From: Antechinus flavipes
Taxonomy: Eukaryota
Direction of reading: 5' to 3'
Assembly: GCF_016432865.1 (NCBI RefSeq)
Contig: NC_067400.1
Span: 554,466,001-554,530,000 of the forward strand
Length of the DNA stretch: 64,000 bases
Below the pieces are notes generated by a model. The model did no database searches. It saw only the letters and a program-made list of their open reading frames with translations, and was not told the DNA's origin. Made by a program: the position numbers and the translations under genes. Shown piece by piece: positions 50,060-61,441 of the stretch (the stretch's first letter is position 1; each line of letters begins with the position of its first letter).

Positions 50060-50640
50060 TAGGTAGGTGACCCAGAGTTTAGAATGTATACCTGGAAGTC
50101 GGAAAACCTGAATTCAAAACTGGTCTTTAACTTTACTACTTGTATGATTTGGAATAAGTCACTTAGTTTAATCTCAATTTTTTCAAGTGTAAAATGGGAA
50201 AAATAATGGTACCAAGTTTCCAAGGTTGTTGAGAAGAATAATGAAATGTTTGTAAAATACTTAGTCTACTGCCTGGTGCTTAACAAATGCTTAACCTTTT
50301 CTAGTACCCATTTGCAATATCTGTTCCTCTTATCTAGAATGCTCTTTCTCCTCATCTGTGCCTCAACTTCTCTTGCTTTGCTTAATATTCAACTAAAATC
50401 CTACTTTCTCAAAAAGGCATTATCAGTGTTCTTCATCTCCTGTTTGTGGCTTCCTTCTGAGGTTACCTTACATTTTCCTTTCATATATTTTTGGACATAC
50501 ATAGTTCTTTTCATATTGTCTCTCTCATCGAAATATAAGCTTCTAGAAGGCAGAGACAGTTTTTACCTGTGTATTCCCAGCACCTAACAAAGTGCCTGCC
50601 ACATAGATTGATGAACAAATGCTTGCTGGTTGACCTCCCT
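50060..50640 (+). mobile_element. MIR followed by an L2 3' end
   Basis: ggaagtcggaaaacctgaattcaaa...aagtcacttag...gtaaaatggg (MIR); aagcttctagaaggcagagacag...tgtattcccagcacctaacaaagtgcctgccacatag (L2 tail). Confidence 0.65.
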
Positions 50641-51688
50641 AGTTCATCCTGTTCTCCATTTTGTTCAAATCTTCCTTCATCTGATACTCCTAGAACACTG
50701 TGACTTTTCTGTGATATTGCTGTTCATGCAATGCAATCATATTGTATCTCCCTAGTATGTTTTAAACTTCGGAAGTGCCAGATTTCTGTTTTTGCCTTCC
50801 TGTCACACAAGTCTAGGATACTATTTGAACTTGCTCTTAAAATCTTTCCTGAATTGAGTGGAACACTCCTACCTCCACATCAATACACACATACACAAAT
50901 GCCTAAAACTCCCAGACATCTCTGTTAGAATACTTCACATGGATTAGAGCCAGCTCTTTCACATAACACCCCTTCCAGTAATCTAAATCTCAGATAGACT
51001 GAAATATTAGCTGTGCTCTGAACTCAACATTACATGATCAGGCACCATGCACTCCCACATATCCTGTCCAGTGCCTGAAATACACTCCCTGTCATCTCTA
51101 CCCTTAATTATCCTTCTCTTCCTTCAAGGCTTCTCACTCAGCTGCCAAAGATTTCTGTAGGTTTTGTAGGCTTTTTTTCTGACTCCTCTTCCTCTTCCTC
51201 TCTGCAACCCCATACATCTTTCCCCAGCAGAAGTACTCTTTCTTTTCTCAACCATTCTCAGAGTCATTTCTTTGTCAGGATCTCCATGTTGGCTCCTTCA
51301 TCCTCATCTAGTATTTTATTAGTCTGAGTAAATGTTTTCTCTCCTCCTGGAAAGTTTAATCTTCATGAGGGCAAGGAATGACTTTTAAATAAAGTTGTTT
51401 GTTTTCTTTTTAATCTCCCTTTAGGCACTTCGAAAGGCCTGTTGAATAAATTTGGAATGGGAGGAAGAAAAGACCTTTTGTGGGAGGAAAATCTTCATTT
51501 AGGATTTCTCCTGGTTTAGGTTGTGAGACTTATGCTGTCACTAGGCAGCTACAGAGAGCCTTTTACATAGGAAATGGGATGCAGACAAAAAGTCTTTTGG
51601 TGAGTGGAAGTATGAAAGTCACAACTGGGATAAGTGGAGGCTGCTATTGTTGAATACAAATCACTCTTACCTCCTCTAGTGCTAAAGA

Positions 51689-51846
51689 NNNNNNNNNNNN
51701 NNNNNNNNNNNNNNNNNNNNNNNNNNNNNNNNNNNNNNNNNNNNNNNNNNNNNNNNNNNNNNNNNNNNNNNNNNNNNNNNNNNNNNNNNNNNNNNNNNNN
51801 NNNNNNNNNNNNNNNNNNNNNNNNNNNNNNNNNNNNNNNNNNNNNN
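51689..51846. other. Assembly gap (158 N)
   Basis: Run of N. Confidence 1.
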
Positions 51847-51849
51847 AGC

Positions 51850-52262
51850 ATTGAAACTGGAACCAGGAAGATCTGTGTTCAAATTCTGTGCCAGACACTT
51901 AGTAGCTCTATTACTCTGGGTAAGTAACAACCTCTCCCAGATTCAGTTTCCTTACTTATAACACCCATTTCTCAGGGTTACTATGCAGATAAAATTGGGT
52001 GATACAGTAAACCTTAAAAAACAATATGATAATGGTTAATATTTATAGAGTGATTATATGTCAGACATGGTGATAAGTGGTTTTCAAATATTATCTCATT
52101 TGATCATCATATGAACCCTGGGAGGTAACTGCTATTATTATCCCCATTTACAAATCAGGAAGTTGAATCAGATTTGACTCAGCTAGCTAGCAAATATCTG
52201 AGGGCAGATTTGAACTCAGACTTTCTAATTCAAGGCCCAGTACTCTATCCACTGAACCATAT
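51850..52262. mobile_element. Two MIR fragments (+ then -)
   Basis: ggaagatctgtgttcaaattctgtgccagacacttagtagct... and atctcatttgatcatc...gaggtaactgctattattatccccatttac...gggcagatttgaactcag. Confidence 0.65.
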
Positions 52263-52438
52263 AGGTACCCTACATATTATTATAAAAGCTAGTTATTATT
52301 ATCCTGTTGTTTGGGATGGGGCAAATGTTCCTGTGACAGAGATGTAAAGAGCTTTAATGCCCTCAAGACAATGGTTTTTGAGAAGAGGACATGAATGTTT
52401 CCCTTTATAGAAAGGTTTGAAAGGAAAAGGGCTAGTGA

Positions 52439-52592
52439 GTGCAGCTAGATGACACAAGGGTACAGAACACTGGCTCTGCAAGAGGACCTGAATTCAAATC
52501 AGACCTCAGATATTTAATACTTAACAATTATTAGTTGTGTGACTCTGGGCAAGGCACTTAACCCTAATTGTCTTGCCAGGAAAAAAAAAAAA
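52439..52592 (+). mobile_element. WSINE1-like SINE with poly(A)
   Basis: gcagctagatgacacaa...gaggacctgaattcaaatcagacctcaga...gtgactctgggcaaggcacttaaccctaattg plus A12. Confidence 0.8.
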
Positions 52593-54661
52593 GATATGAA
52601 GAGAGAGAGTGGAATTAAAGTCTTGCAGATGACTGGACTCTTCTGGAAGAGTTAATAATAGGGAGATTTCCTACAATCCCATATCTTACTTTCTGTAAAG
52701 AAAGAAATTTCAATGATCCCCCTTTAAATAATGAAGTTAGAAAGGAGAAAACATTTCCCCAATATTTGGAAAACAGAAGAAATTAAAATGCCTGCAAGGG
52801 CTTGTTCTGTTTAAGTCACTTTAGTCACAGCATATACTAAAATATTGAGTAACAGCTCAGAAATGTTTGAATTCCTGCTGAGGGTATGGGGGCAAGATTG
52901 GAGACCAAAAATATCTGTAACCGTTTCTAGATCTGCTACTTACTATCTGTGTCACTTTGGACAATTCCTTTTCTTCATCTTTAAAATGATGGTAAATAAC
53001 TAAGGTTATTTTTAGCTACAAATCTTAAGATCCTCAGCTCAAAGGGATGTTATCTTGCAGGGATATCTTTTCCTTATTTGGCAATGCCTTCTCATAGTGT
53101 CACTAGCTCAAGCTGAATCTCTGTCAAGAAAAGTGTCTGTGTTTTTTCTGTCTCTTCAATTATCTGTCTCTTCTCTGTCTTGTGTCAGTTTAGGGAACCA
53201 TTGGCCTTCCTATAGCCTTAGGGATTTTGCCTGCTTGAACTATAATGAGAAGGCCCCAGAACTTTGATTCTTAGGTTAGGATAATTTTTCTGTCTCCCAG
53301 GGAATTGGAATAAGGAATGCTAGTGATGGTGGGTTTTTTTTTTCATCCAATCAGGCTTGAATTCATTATTGATAGTAGCCAACAGTCCTTATTCTGAAGA
53401 TTGTTTTATGTGGGACTATTCACAAAATTTTCCCAATTATCCTGTCCTTTCATTTAAAATTCTATCAATTAATGTTCATTTCTTGAGATAATGAATCTTT
53501 TCTCCAATTGTCAAGAGATTTCTTTTAAAATGCAAATAGTATCATACTTCTAATTCTTTGCCTATTCACTGTTTTGAGTGTTTTGTTACATTCTCCTTTT
53601 CATAAGATCCTAGGCTATTAGTGTTAATCAACTGCATCATTTTGTGTGCATAAAAAGAGAGATAAAGCTTAGAAAAGGAAAAGTGATTTCTTCCATGTCA
53701 CATAAGTTAGGTGATAGGTTTTTCAACTGTGGTGAGCTTAAATGAGAGCCAAGTTGAGAGAGGTCAGAAAGATGGAGGTAGCATAGAAAAGAATATGTTT
53801 GGAAAACAAAGATAACAAACATCCCCAACTGCTCAACTTCGATAGAAGCTAGATGTGAAGTGTTAAGATATTTGAGGAATGAGGGGATTTAAAATGGTAA
53901 CTTCATAGAATTCTTTTGATTATATACTGAGAACTTGGCAAAGAACATTAAAGGTAGAGGAATTTTGATGGCTATCTAGTCCAATTTCCCATTTTTCTTA
54001 GGCCATTAGGTTCAATCTCATCTTTATTTTAACATAATTCTTTGTTTATGTAACATAAAATAAAGAACTCACTACCTTACAAATCGAGCCCTTTCCAATT
54101 TGGGACAGTTCTAATTGTTATGAAGGACATTGTGTTTTTTAAATCAAGTAGAATTCTGCATTCCTGTAGTTTTCATCCACTGCTTCTATTTTTATCAGTA
54201 GAGTCAAACAATTCAATTTAATTCAAGTATTTATTAAATGCCTAACTTTTATAAGAAATCAAATTAGGCACTAGGGATAGAACAAAAATGATAATAACAG
54301 AGTTGAGATACAAAAAAACTCAGAGGTGATCTAAACTGACCCACTCAAAGGTAACTGTGGCCCAAAGAAATTTAATAATTTGTTCAGGTATACCCAGACA
54401 CCAAGTGACAGAATCAGGATATGAATCAAGATTATTTGATTCCAAATCTATTGTTAATTCCATTGTAGCATATATGCATAATATGAAGACAAAATGAAAG
54501 TCCTCAAAGATAAGTAATGCTCAAGAAACTTATACTGTACAGAATCTAATTAGAAGAGCTCAAATAATTGAATATGATTATCCCCCTCAATGATAGGAAT
54601 TCCAATATAGATCATAGGATCATAAATTTATAGCTAGAAGAGACCTTCCTTTGAGGTTCTT

Positions 54662-54790
54662 TGCTGTTGTTCAGTCATTTTAATCATATGGGACTCTTTG
54701 TGATCCCATTTGGAGTTTTCTTGGCAGAGATAATGGAGCATTTTGCCACTTCCTTTTCCAGTTCATGTTACCAGCTGAAGAAATTAAATC
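54662..54790 (+). mobile_element. MAR1-like SINE fragment
   Basis: tgttgttcagtcattttaatcat...ctctttgtgatcccatttggagttttcttggcagagataatggag. Confidence 0.7.
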
Positions 54791-55391
54791 TAGAGAAATT
54801 CTAAAGGCCATCATTTCCAATCTGTTCATTTTACAAATAATAAAACTGAGACACTGAAAGGTAAAATGATTAGTCAGGAATCACAAAGTTAGTAAGTGAC
54901 TAAGGTGAGATTTGTACCCACATCTTCATGTTTCCTCTCTAAAGAAGTCTTGCTATCTCCTGAATCATGAAATCAAAGAACTTTTGAAGTACCTTGGGGA
55001 AGGGAATGTGAATAAAATTGTACACCCCTATTTCAGAGAGGAGAGAGAAATGAAATTCAGAGATCAATATGCTCCTGACTACATGATTTAGATCCAGCAA
55101 ACACCTCAGAAGCTATTTAGCTTAGCCCTCTCATTTTACACATGAAGGAACTAAAGCCCAGGAAGTTAGCTACTTTACCCAAGATCACATAGGTAGTTTC
55201 TACAACAGGTAGTTTTAGTTGCAGGATTTGAAACCAGATTTGTGACACCAAAACTAGTATGCTTTCCACTATACTATTCTGATAGTTCTGGTGCATTTTG
55301 ATGCACTTATGAACATGGATATCTTTTAAATAATCTATGATTTCCAGATGGCTGAGAGAAAGCCATCATGAGGACATAGAATCTCAGAGTG

Positions 55392-56354
55392 TCAGCTGCG
55401 ACTATCAGCCTGAAGCTCCTTGTCACAGGTGATCTTGAACATGGCCAACACACGGGATCGGATCTGCTTGGTTTTGGCAGCATAGATGATAGGATTGAGG
55501 ACAGGTGGTACCATGAGGTAGATATTACCCATAAGCACATGTACAATGGGATTGAGACGGTTCCCAAAACGGTGAACCACAGATAGACCAACTAATGGCA
55601 CATAAAATGTCAGAACCACAATAATGTGTAAGATACATGTTCCAAAGGCCCTTGCCCGTTCTGTCCGAGATGGGAGCTGTAGCACAGTTCGTATAATCAG
55701 AAAGTAAGAAACTGAGATGAGCAAAGCATCAACACCCATAACCATCAGGATGGCAGTGAGCCCATAAACCACATTGGCTGTGATGTCAGCATGGGACAAC
55801 TTCATCATATCTTGTTGCACACAGTAGGAATGGGTAAGGATGTTTGAGCCACAGAAAGGAAGCCTCTTGATGAGCAGTGGAAATGGGAAGAAAAAGATAG
55901 AACCCCTCACCACTGCTACTATCCCTATCCGAGCTGTGACAGTGTTGGTGAGCACAGCTGCATGCCGAAGAGGGTGGCAGATGGCCATGTAACGGTCAAA
56001 GGCCATGGCCAAAAGAACAGTGGACTCAGTGGCTGAAAGAGCATGGATGAAGAACATCTGGGTGAGACACATATCAAAGGTGATCTCCTGAGAGTTGAAC
56101 CAGAAAAGAGCAAGGATCTTGGGCATTGTGAAGGTAGAGAGGGCCAGGTCAATAGCTGCCAACATGCAAAGGAAGATATACATGGGGGCATGTAGGCTAT
56201 GTTCTGTCCTCACAATGAAAACCACTGTACAGTTGCCCAGCACTGCTACAACATACATGGACAGAAGAGGGAAGGCTATCCAGAATTGGATATCTTCCAG
56301 TCCTGGGAGGCCTATGAGAATGAAAGTGGTGTGGGTGAAGTTGCAGGGGTTCAT
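55392..56354 (-). CDS. OR51E2: Olfactory receptor 51E2 (PSGR / Olfr78 ortholog), 320 aa
   Basis: Same length as, and colinear with, human OR51E2 as I recall it: CNFTH, FPLLSMYVVA, LHAPMY.FLCMLAAIDLALS, NVVYGLTAIL, FLIIRTVLQLPS, KTKQIR.RVLAMFKI.CDK. Confidence 0.95.
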   Translation of the reverse strand: MNPCNFTHTTFILIGLPGLEDIQFWIAFPLLSMYVVAVLGNCTVVFIVRTEHSLHAPMYIFLCMLAAIDLALSTFTMPKILALFWFNSQEITFDMCLTQMFFIHALSATESTVLLAMAFDRYMAICHPLRHAAVLTNTVTARIGIVAVVRGSIFFFPFPLLIKRLPFCGSNILTHSYCVQQDMMKLSHADITANVVYGLTAILMVMGVDALLISVSYFLIIRTVLQLPSRTERARAFGTCILHIIVVLTFYVPLVGLSVVHRFGNRLNPIVHVLMGNIYLMVPPVLNPIIYAAKTKQIRSRVLAMFKITCDKELQADSRS

Positions 56355-56403
56355 AGTTGGTAGTAAGAGATAGAGACTGAAGAAGGGGATAAGATCACAG
56401 GAC

Positions 56404-56425
56404 CTATAAGAGACAAAAAGAAATG
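56404..56425 (-). promoter_or_regulatory. Probable splice acceptor for the OR51E2 coding exon
   Basis: Minus strand catttctttttgtctcttatag|gtcctgtg, 49 nt upstream of the ATG. This fits the usual OR layout of non-coding 5' exon(s) plus a single coding exon. Confidence 0.6.
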
Positions 56426-58898
56426 ATTAGAGAGAACAACCCAGCTGCCTTTTTCCAATGTTCCTCCATCACTTCCTTATAATTTCTGTGATCCTAGAAT
56501 ACCCAAGGCTATGTCATGAAAAGTAATGTCAGATGAACTGATTCTTACTGAGAAGTAAACCTAATTGTGTTTTAAATAGTAGCTTAGAGACAACCATACT
56601 TAACTCAAAAGAAAGAGTCTCTAATGGATTGATTTCAGACACTGGAAGCACTTGTGAAAGAGAGAATCTGAAGCATGAATACTATCTGGCAATTTTGCTA
56701 GCTTATTTCTACTTATTCTGGTGTTTGGAGTATACCTTGCCCTCTGTATATCATCAAAAGTATATCTACCATTTTCCCTTTTACTGAAGGAAGAGTCTGT
56801 CTTTGAGAATTTCTAGAGAATAGCACTTATTAAATGGCAGCTACACTCTGTCTGGAAACCTGGAGGGGAGGTTCTGCTCACATTTCAACCACTTCATTCT
56901 CATGACTTCCATCCAATTCAAGACTTATTATAAAGTTCATGAACTATTACAATAGGCTCCTATCTAGTCTCTCTGGCTCTAAACTATCATGGATAGATTC
57001 ATCGTCCTAAAAAAACAATTTGATCATATTACTTCCTTATTTAAACAGCATCATGAGTAGCAATCTACAAGATAAGATACAAATACTTGAACCGCATAAA
57101 ATATCCTTTATTCATCTCAAGTCCCTCCTTCATTCATCCAAGAACTATTTCCATACTTCTCTTCTACTATTTCCCTACATATGGTCTATTCTCTAAGCAA
57201 ATTGTCACTTAGTGTAATGAAAAGAATATTGGCTTTAGAATCTGTGACTAGTCACACAGTCCCCTCTTTGGGAAAATAAAGGACTTTACCTAGATGGTTT
57301 CTCAGCTATCTTTTAGCTCCAAATCCTGTAATTCTGCTTAGGTTCTCCAAATTCATTCACCATTTTCCTACCTCTATGTTTTTGTTTATGATAACTTACC
57401 CATCTCCCTGATGCTATCTCTACTTTCTATAATCTTAGTCATCCTCCAAGATCCAATTCAAATGCCCTCAATCTCCTTCCCAATCATATATTCTTTCTCT
57501 CCTCTTATTCTAAAAATCTTTTGTTTATAAGTTTCTTATAATCCTTACTACATTGGTTCATGGATCTAGACCTGGTGCTAAAGGTAGGAATGCAGGGCTT
57601 TGAACTAGATAGAGAATGCCATCTTTTACTTTAGTTGCAGCCACAGAAAATTTAGTTAGTATCATCACATGCAATAACATCTAAGTTACTGCATTCCTGG
57701 TTCTCAAAAAACTTGCTCAAGGAAATTGAGTTTCTTGCTTCTAAGCCCTAACATTTTCTGATCTTAATATTTTAAAGACTTTCCTTAGAGACTTTGGCCT
57801 AGCAATGTATTTTTAAAATTCCAGTTGCACTCAAATCTCAATCTTTTTTATGATGAGGCCACTCAAAATTAATTGAAAGTTGATTCACATTTACCTATTA
57901 GGTCACAGTCAAAATTTACAGGTCCATTCACCTTTTGGGTTAGGCAAAGGAGGAGGTCATATCAAATGTGGAAGCCTTTCACCTGGGCTTCTGCTACAGA
58001 AGCAAACTCCTTCTAATTCCCAACCCTGACTGAGGGGCAGATTTTCAAAACATTGGAAAAAGTTTTTGTGTCAGCTATTTGCCCAAAGTAACTCAATAAA
58101 GGGGATGGAGGAAGATGAGGGATATTGTTATAGCTCTTGACAAGTGTGAAAGAGTTGAAAATACAAAAATTAAGAAACACATTTTCCCATTCATCATTAA
58201 TTCCCTTCCCCATCTTCTTCCCACAAAGTCTCCTTTGCCTGAGCCTTCCAGGCTGATTGCTACCTCATTTGATGCCAGTTCTCACTATATTTCTGAAACC
58301 AAAGAGATTATCCCTCCTGAATCACAAGAAAGAATGCCTTCTCCCTTTTCTTTTGCTATGATTCTTGGCCCTAAATAGCTCCCTTCCTAGGCAGGTAATA
58401 ATAGTCTCTTGATTTCTTTCCAGGTTTTCTGCTATGCCTTGTTCCAGTCCCAGAATTCCTAGCTATAGATCTATTTGGATCATCATCATTTAATATTGTA
58501 TGTGAACATGTAAGGAAATGTATTTCCAAACCTTTATTCATGGAATTGTGTTTTCAAGATACTATTTATGGTATATGATGTAAATGGTCTGCTAAATCTG
58601 GGACTTAATGTTCTGTCATGCTTTTCTTCTGACTTTGAGAGATGGGAAATAAGCCATGTAGATCTGGAGAAGAGATTAAAATGTATATTCTTATCATTTG
58701 GCATATGAGTTTAGGGACTCTGTCAATTTTCCTCACTGCCTGTGATGGTATCATGGAAGGGAATGCAATTTTGAAGGGGGAGAGATAAAAGAATCAGGAG
58801 ACATGAAAGACACAGCTTAGGGTCCTGAAATTTTAGTTAATGATTTCCAGCTTGTACCTAGACTCTTTGTTAGAATTGTTGTGAAAATATAGACTCCA

Positions 58899-59051
58899 GG
58901 GGCAGCAAGGTTGTGCAGTGAATAGAGCACCAGCCCTGAAGTCAGGAAGACCTAGGTTTGAATCTGATCTCATATACTTAATGCTTCCTAGCTCCATAAC
59001 CCTGGGCAAGTCACTTAATCCCAATTGCCTCAGAAAACAACAACAAAAAAA
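58899..59051 (+). mobile_element. WSINE1-like SINE with a degenerate 16-bp TSD
   Basis: ggggcagcaagg...aatagagcaccagccctgaagtcaggaagacctaggtttgaatc...ctgggcaagtcacttaatcccaattgcctc plus an A-rich tail. Flanks GAAAATATAGACTCCA (58883-58898) and GAAAATATTGACACCA (59052-59067) differ at 2 positions. Confidence 0.85.
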
Positions 59052-59678
59052 GAAAATATTGACACCAAATAAATAGTCTATTCTTTCACAGAACTGACAG
59101 TCTACACATGGAAATAAAAGGTAAACATACTATCTATACAAAATATGATACTCTAATTTATTTTTGTTTCCTATTCAGCACTGTGCCTTTGACATTGCCA
59201 TATAGCTAATTGGCATAAGGTCAAAAAGAGAGGGCCTCTCCAGCTGAAGAGGGTCAGGTAGAAGAATCAAACCACGCACCTGCAGCATGAGGTTTTTTGG
59301 GGGGAGAAAGACACAAAAATATGGTTATTTTAAAAAGTGTGGAGGTTGGGAGACCCAGAGAACAAGATGTTAACTTGGAGTTGCATGTTTGCAAAGTCTG
59401 TGTATAAACTTATAAGACTATATGCTTTTTGTGAATAGGAGTGTTAATTATTATTATTATTTTATATTGTTAGTAAATATTCTCTATATGGCAGTCAGAA
59501 TTTGTCTAGCATAGGCATTTGCAAGATGTTTATTGAATTAATTTGAAATCAATTTATCCTTCTATTAAGAATTCCCTTCCTCCTGTCCCTGATTGCCTCA
59601 TCTTTCCTGCTGTTATACTTTGAGCATCAAACTCCTTGATACTCCCCTAAAATTAAATGGAATAGAGAGATGGAATAG

Positions 59679-60009
59679 TGGATATCTTGAGGGAATCAGG
59701 TGTTTTTAAAGAAACAAGACTCAAAATGTTTCCAAATCGAGTAAAGACATTTATTAGAATAACATATTCAATAGGCTCTTCTCTGTTAAGGAATAGCAGC
59801 TCCTCCAGCTGAGAAGTGGACCTTATACAAGATATAAGTGTTAAATCATACTATTAGCTAGGGACTGGAGTGTAATTAATTCTAATGAATTCTATTAGGC
59901 ACCAAAGTTACATTCAACTGGGTGCAGGAGTGTGATTGGTTAGTTCAGGGGTTTTATCCAAAGGGTCTTGGGAAAGGTATACCTCATCAGAATGCCAGAC
60001 CTGATGTCA
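59679..60009 (-). mobile_element. Candidate solo LTR (ERV1-like layout)
   Basis: Minus-strand order aaccaatca (59939-59935), TATAAG (59827-59822), AATAAA (59755-59750), then a U5-like gagtcttgtttc. No clean TSD found and the ends are approximate. Confidence 0.45.
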
Positions 60010-61064
60010 GTATGAGTTATGATGAAGATAGGCTAAAAACACCATCCCCATGAGCCTTCTTTGTCTCATCTGTAAAATAAGCTGAAGAAGAAAATGTGAG
60101 TATTCTCTAGTATCTCTACCAAATTGACATAACAAAAAGAATTGAACAACAACAAGAATTGGATGATGTCTCAATGACCTACTACAGTTGTTTTCACTTT
60201 GTTTTTTCCCCACAAAAGTGATGAAAGGAGAAGCTCATATGTCTGTTCTAGTTGTCATAGGACACTTCAATTATTGCTTCCAGGAAAGAATGGTTTATGC
60301 TGTTAGTACATTATCCAGTCATTTATGTCTGAAGGCATTCTTCCTTTTTTGGCCCTATCCCTAAATGATTTAACTTTAGAAGTGCTTTCCTCTAGTCTCC
60401 TCAAATTCTCCCTGTTTCTTGTTCTCTTTAGCTTTCTGGCTAATGGTCTCCAAGGAGGGACCATTAGGGAATTAATAGGTAAAGAATAGTGTTCCAGATG
60501 TGGGCTCTATTCCCTGATGGCTGAAAAAGAGAAAACAAACTCTACTAACCTAAAGGATTACTTTAAGATTTGGGTAGGAGTCTGCAAGAATTCCTGATGG
60601 GAAAGTCCATGCCCTTACTTAGTAGACAAGGCCACGATTAGGATAGATTCTCACCTTTCATCAGTGCTGCAGGGGCCAGCTATCTTGGAGGCAGAGGAAT
60701 GAAATAGACATGAAATAATCTTTGAAGGTCTCTTTCAGCCCTAGGGTCCCAGTGCACATTTCCATGCCCTCATCTATGAATACAGTTTTTAGAGGCACTT
60801 CCTGTATTTATGTAGCTGCAGTGTGAGATCCTGTCATTTTACCTCAAAGAAGGAGTGAAGGTGAAAGGATAAAATAAAAAGGTTTTGATTCTTCAGATGG
60901 GAGAACTTAAGGATTTGGAAAACAGGAGATCAGAGATGATTGTGAATTCTCAGGAATACTCCATACAACCAGTCAGTGCCAGAAGGGACCTTAGTGATTA
61001 TATAGTTCAAATACTTTTCTCCCTCCCCCAAACACATGTATGTCTCACCCCTGGGCCAGCTGAA

Positions 61065-61300
61065 GACAATGTGGTAGAGTGGAAAGAGGGATACACCTGG
61101 AAAGATTTGGATTCAAATCCTGGGTAAGACACTTATTTTCTGTGTGACCAAGGGCAAATGGTTTAACCTCTTAGCCTTAGTTTACTTAACTATAAATAGA
61201 GACTAATATCACCCAGCAAAGGCTATTGTTCACATCAAATAAGATAATATATGTAAAGCACTTTTGTAAATTTTACAATACTATGTACAAGCAAATTATT
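61065..61300 (+). mobile_element. MIR SINE
   Basis: ggaaagatttggattcaaatcctggg...ctgtgtgaccaagggcaaatggtttaacctc...gtaaagcacttttgtaaa. Confidence 0.7.
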
Positions 61301-61370
61301 AGTTATTTACATTTATCCCTGTATGCTCAATGAATTGATAATAATTATATTAGAAATAGTATATTAAAAA

Positions 61371-61441
61371 TAGTAGTAGCAGCAGCAGCAAGAGGGGGAG
61401 GGGAGGAGGAAGAAGAGAAGAAAGAGGAGCAGCAGCAGCAG
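61371..61441. repeat. Compound (TAG/CAG)n - GA-rich - (CAG)n simple repeat
   Basis: tagtagtagcagcagcagcaagagggggagggg...gaggagcagcagcagcag. Confidence 0.8.

Noticed and set aside
31436-55391. Possible hidden OR pseudogene or other gene in the 24-kb interval
   Set aside because: No OR motif remnants or convincing coding exons were seen by eye, and the interval is mostly L1/L2/MIR/LTR. A tblastn search would be needed to exclude very decayed copies.
55791-55793. Missing third ECL2 Cys in OR51E2 (KLSHAD)
   Set aside because: Human and mouse OR51E2 also lack this Cys (KLAY), so it is an orthogroup trait.
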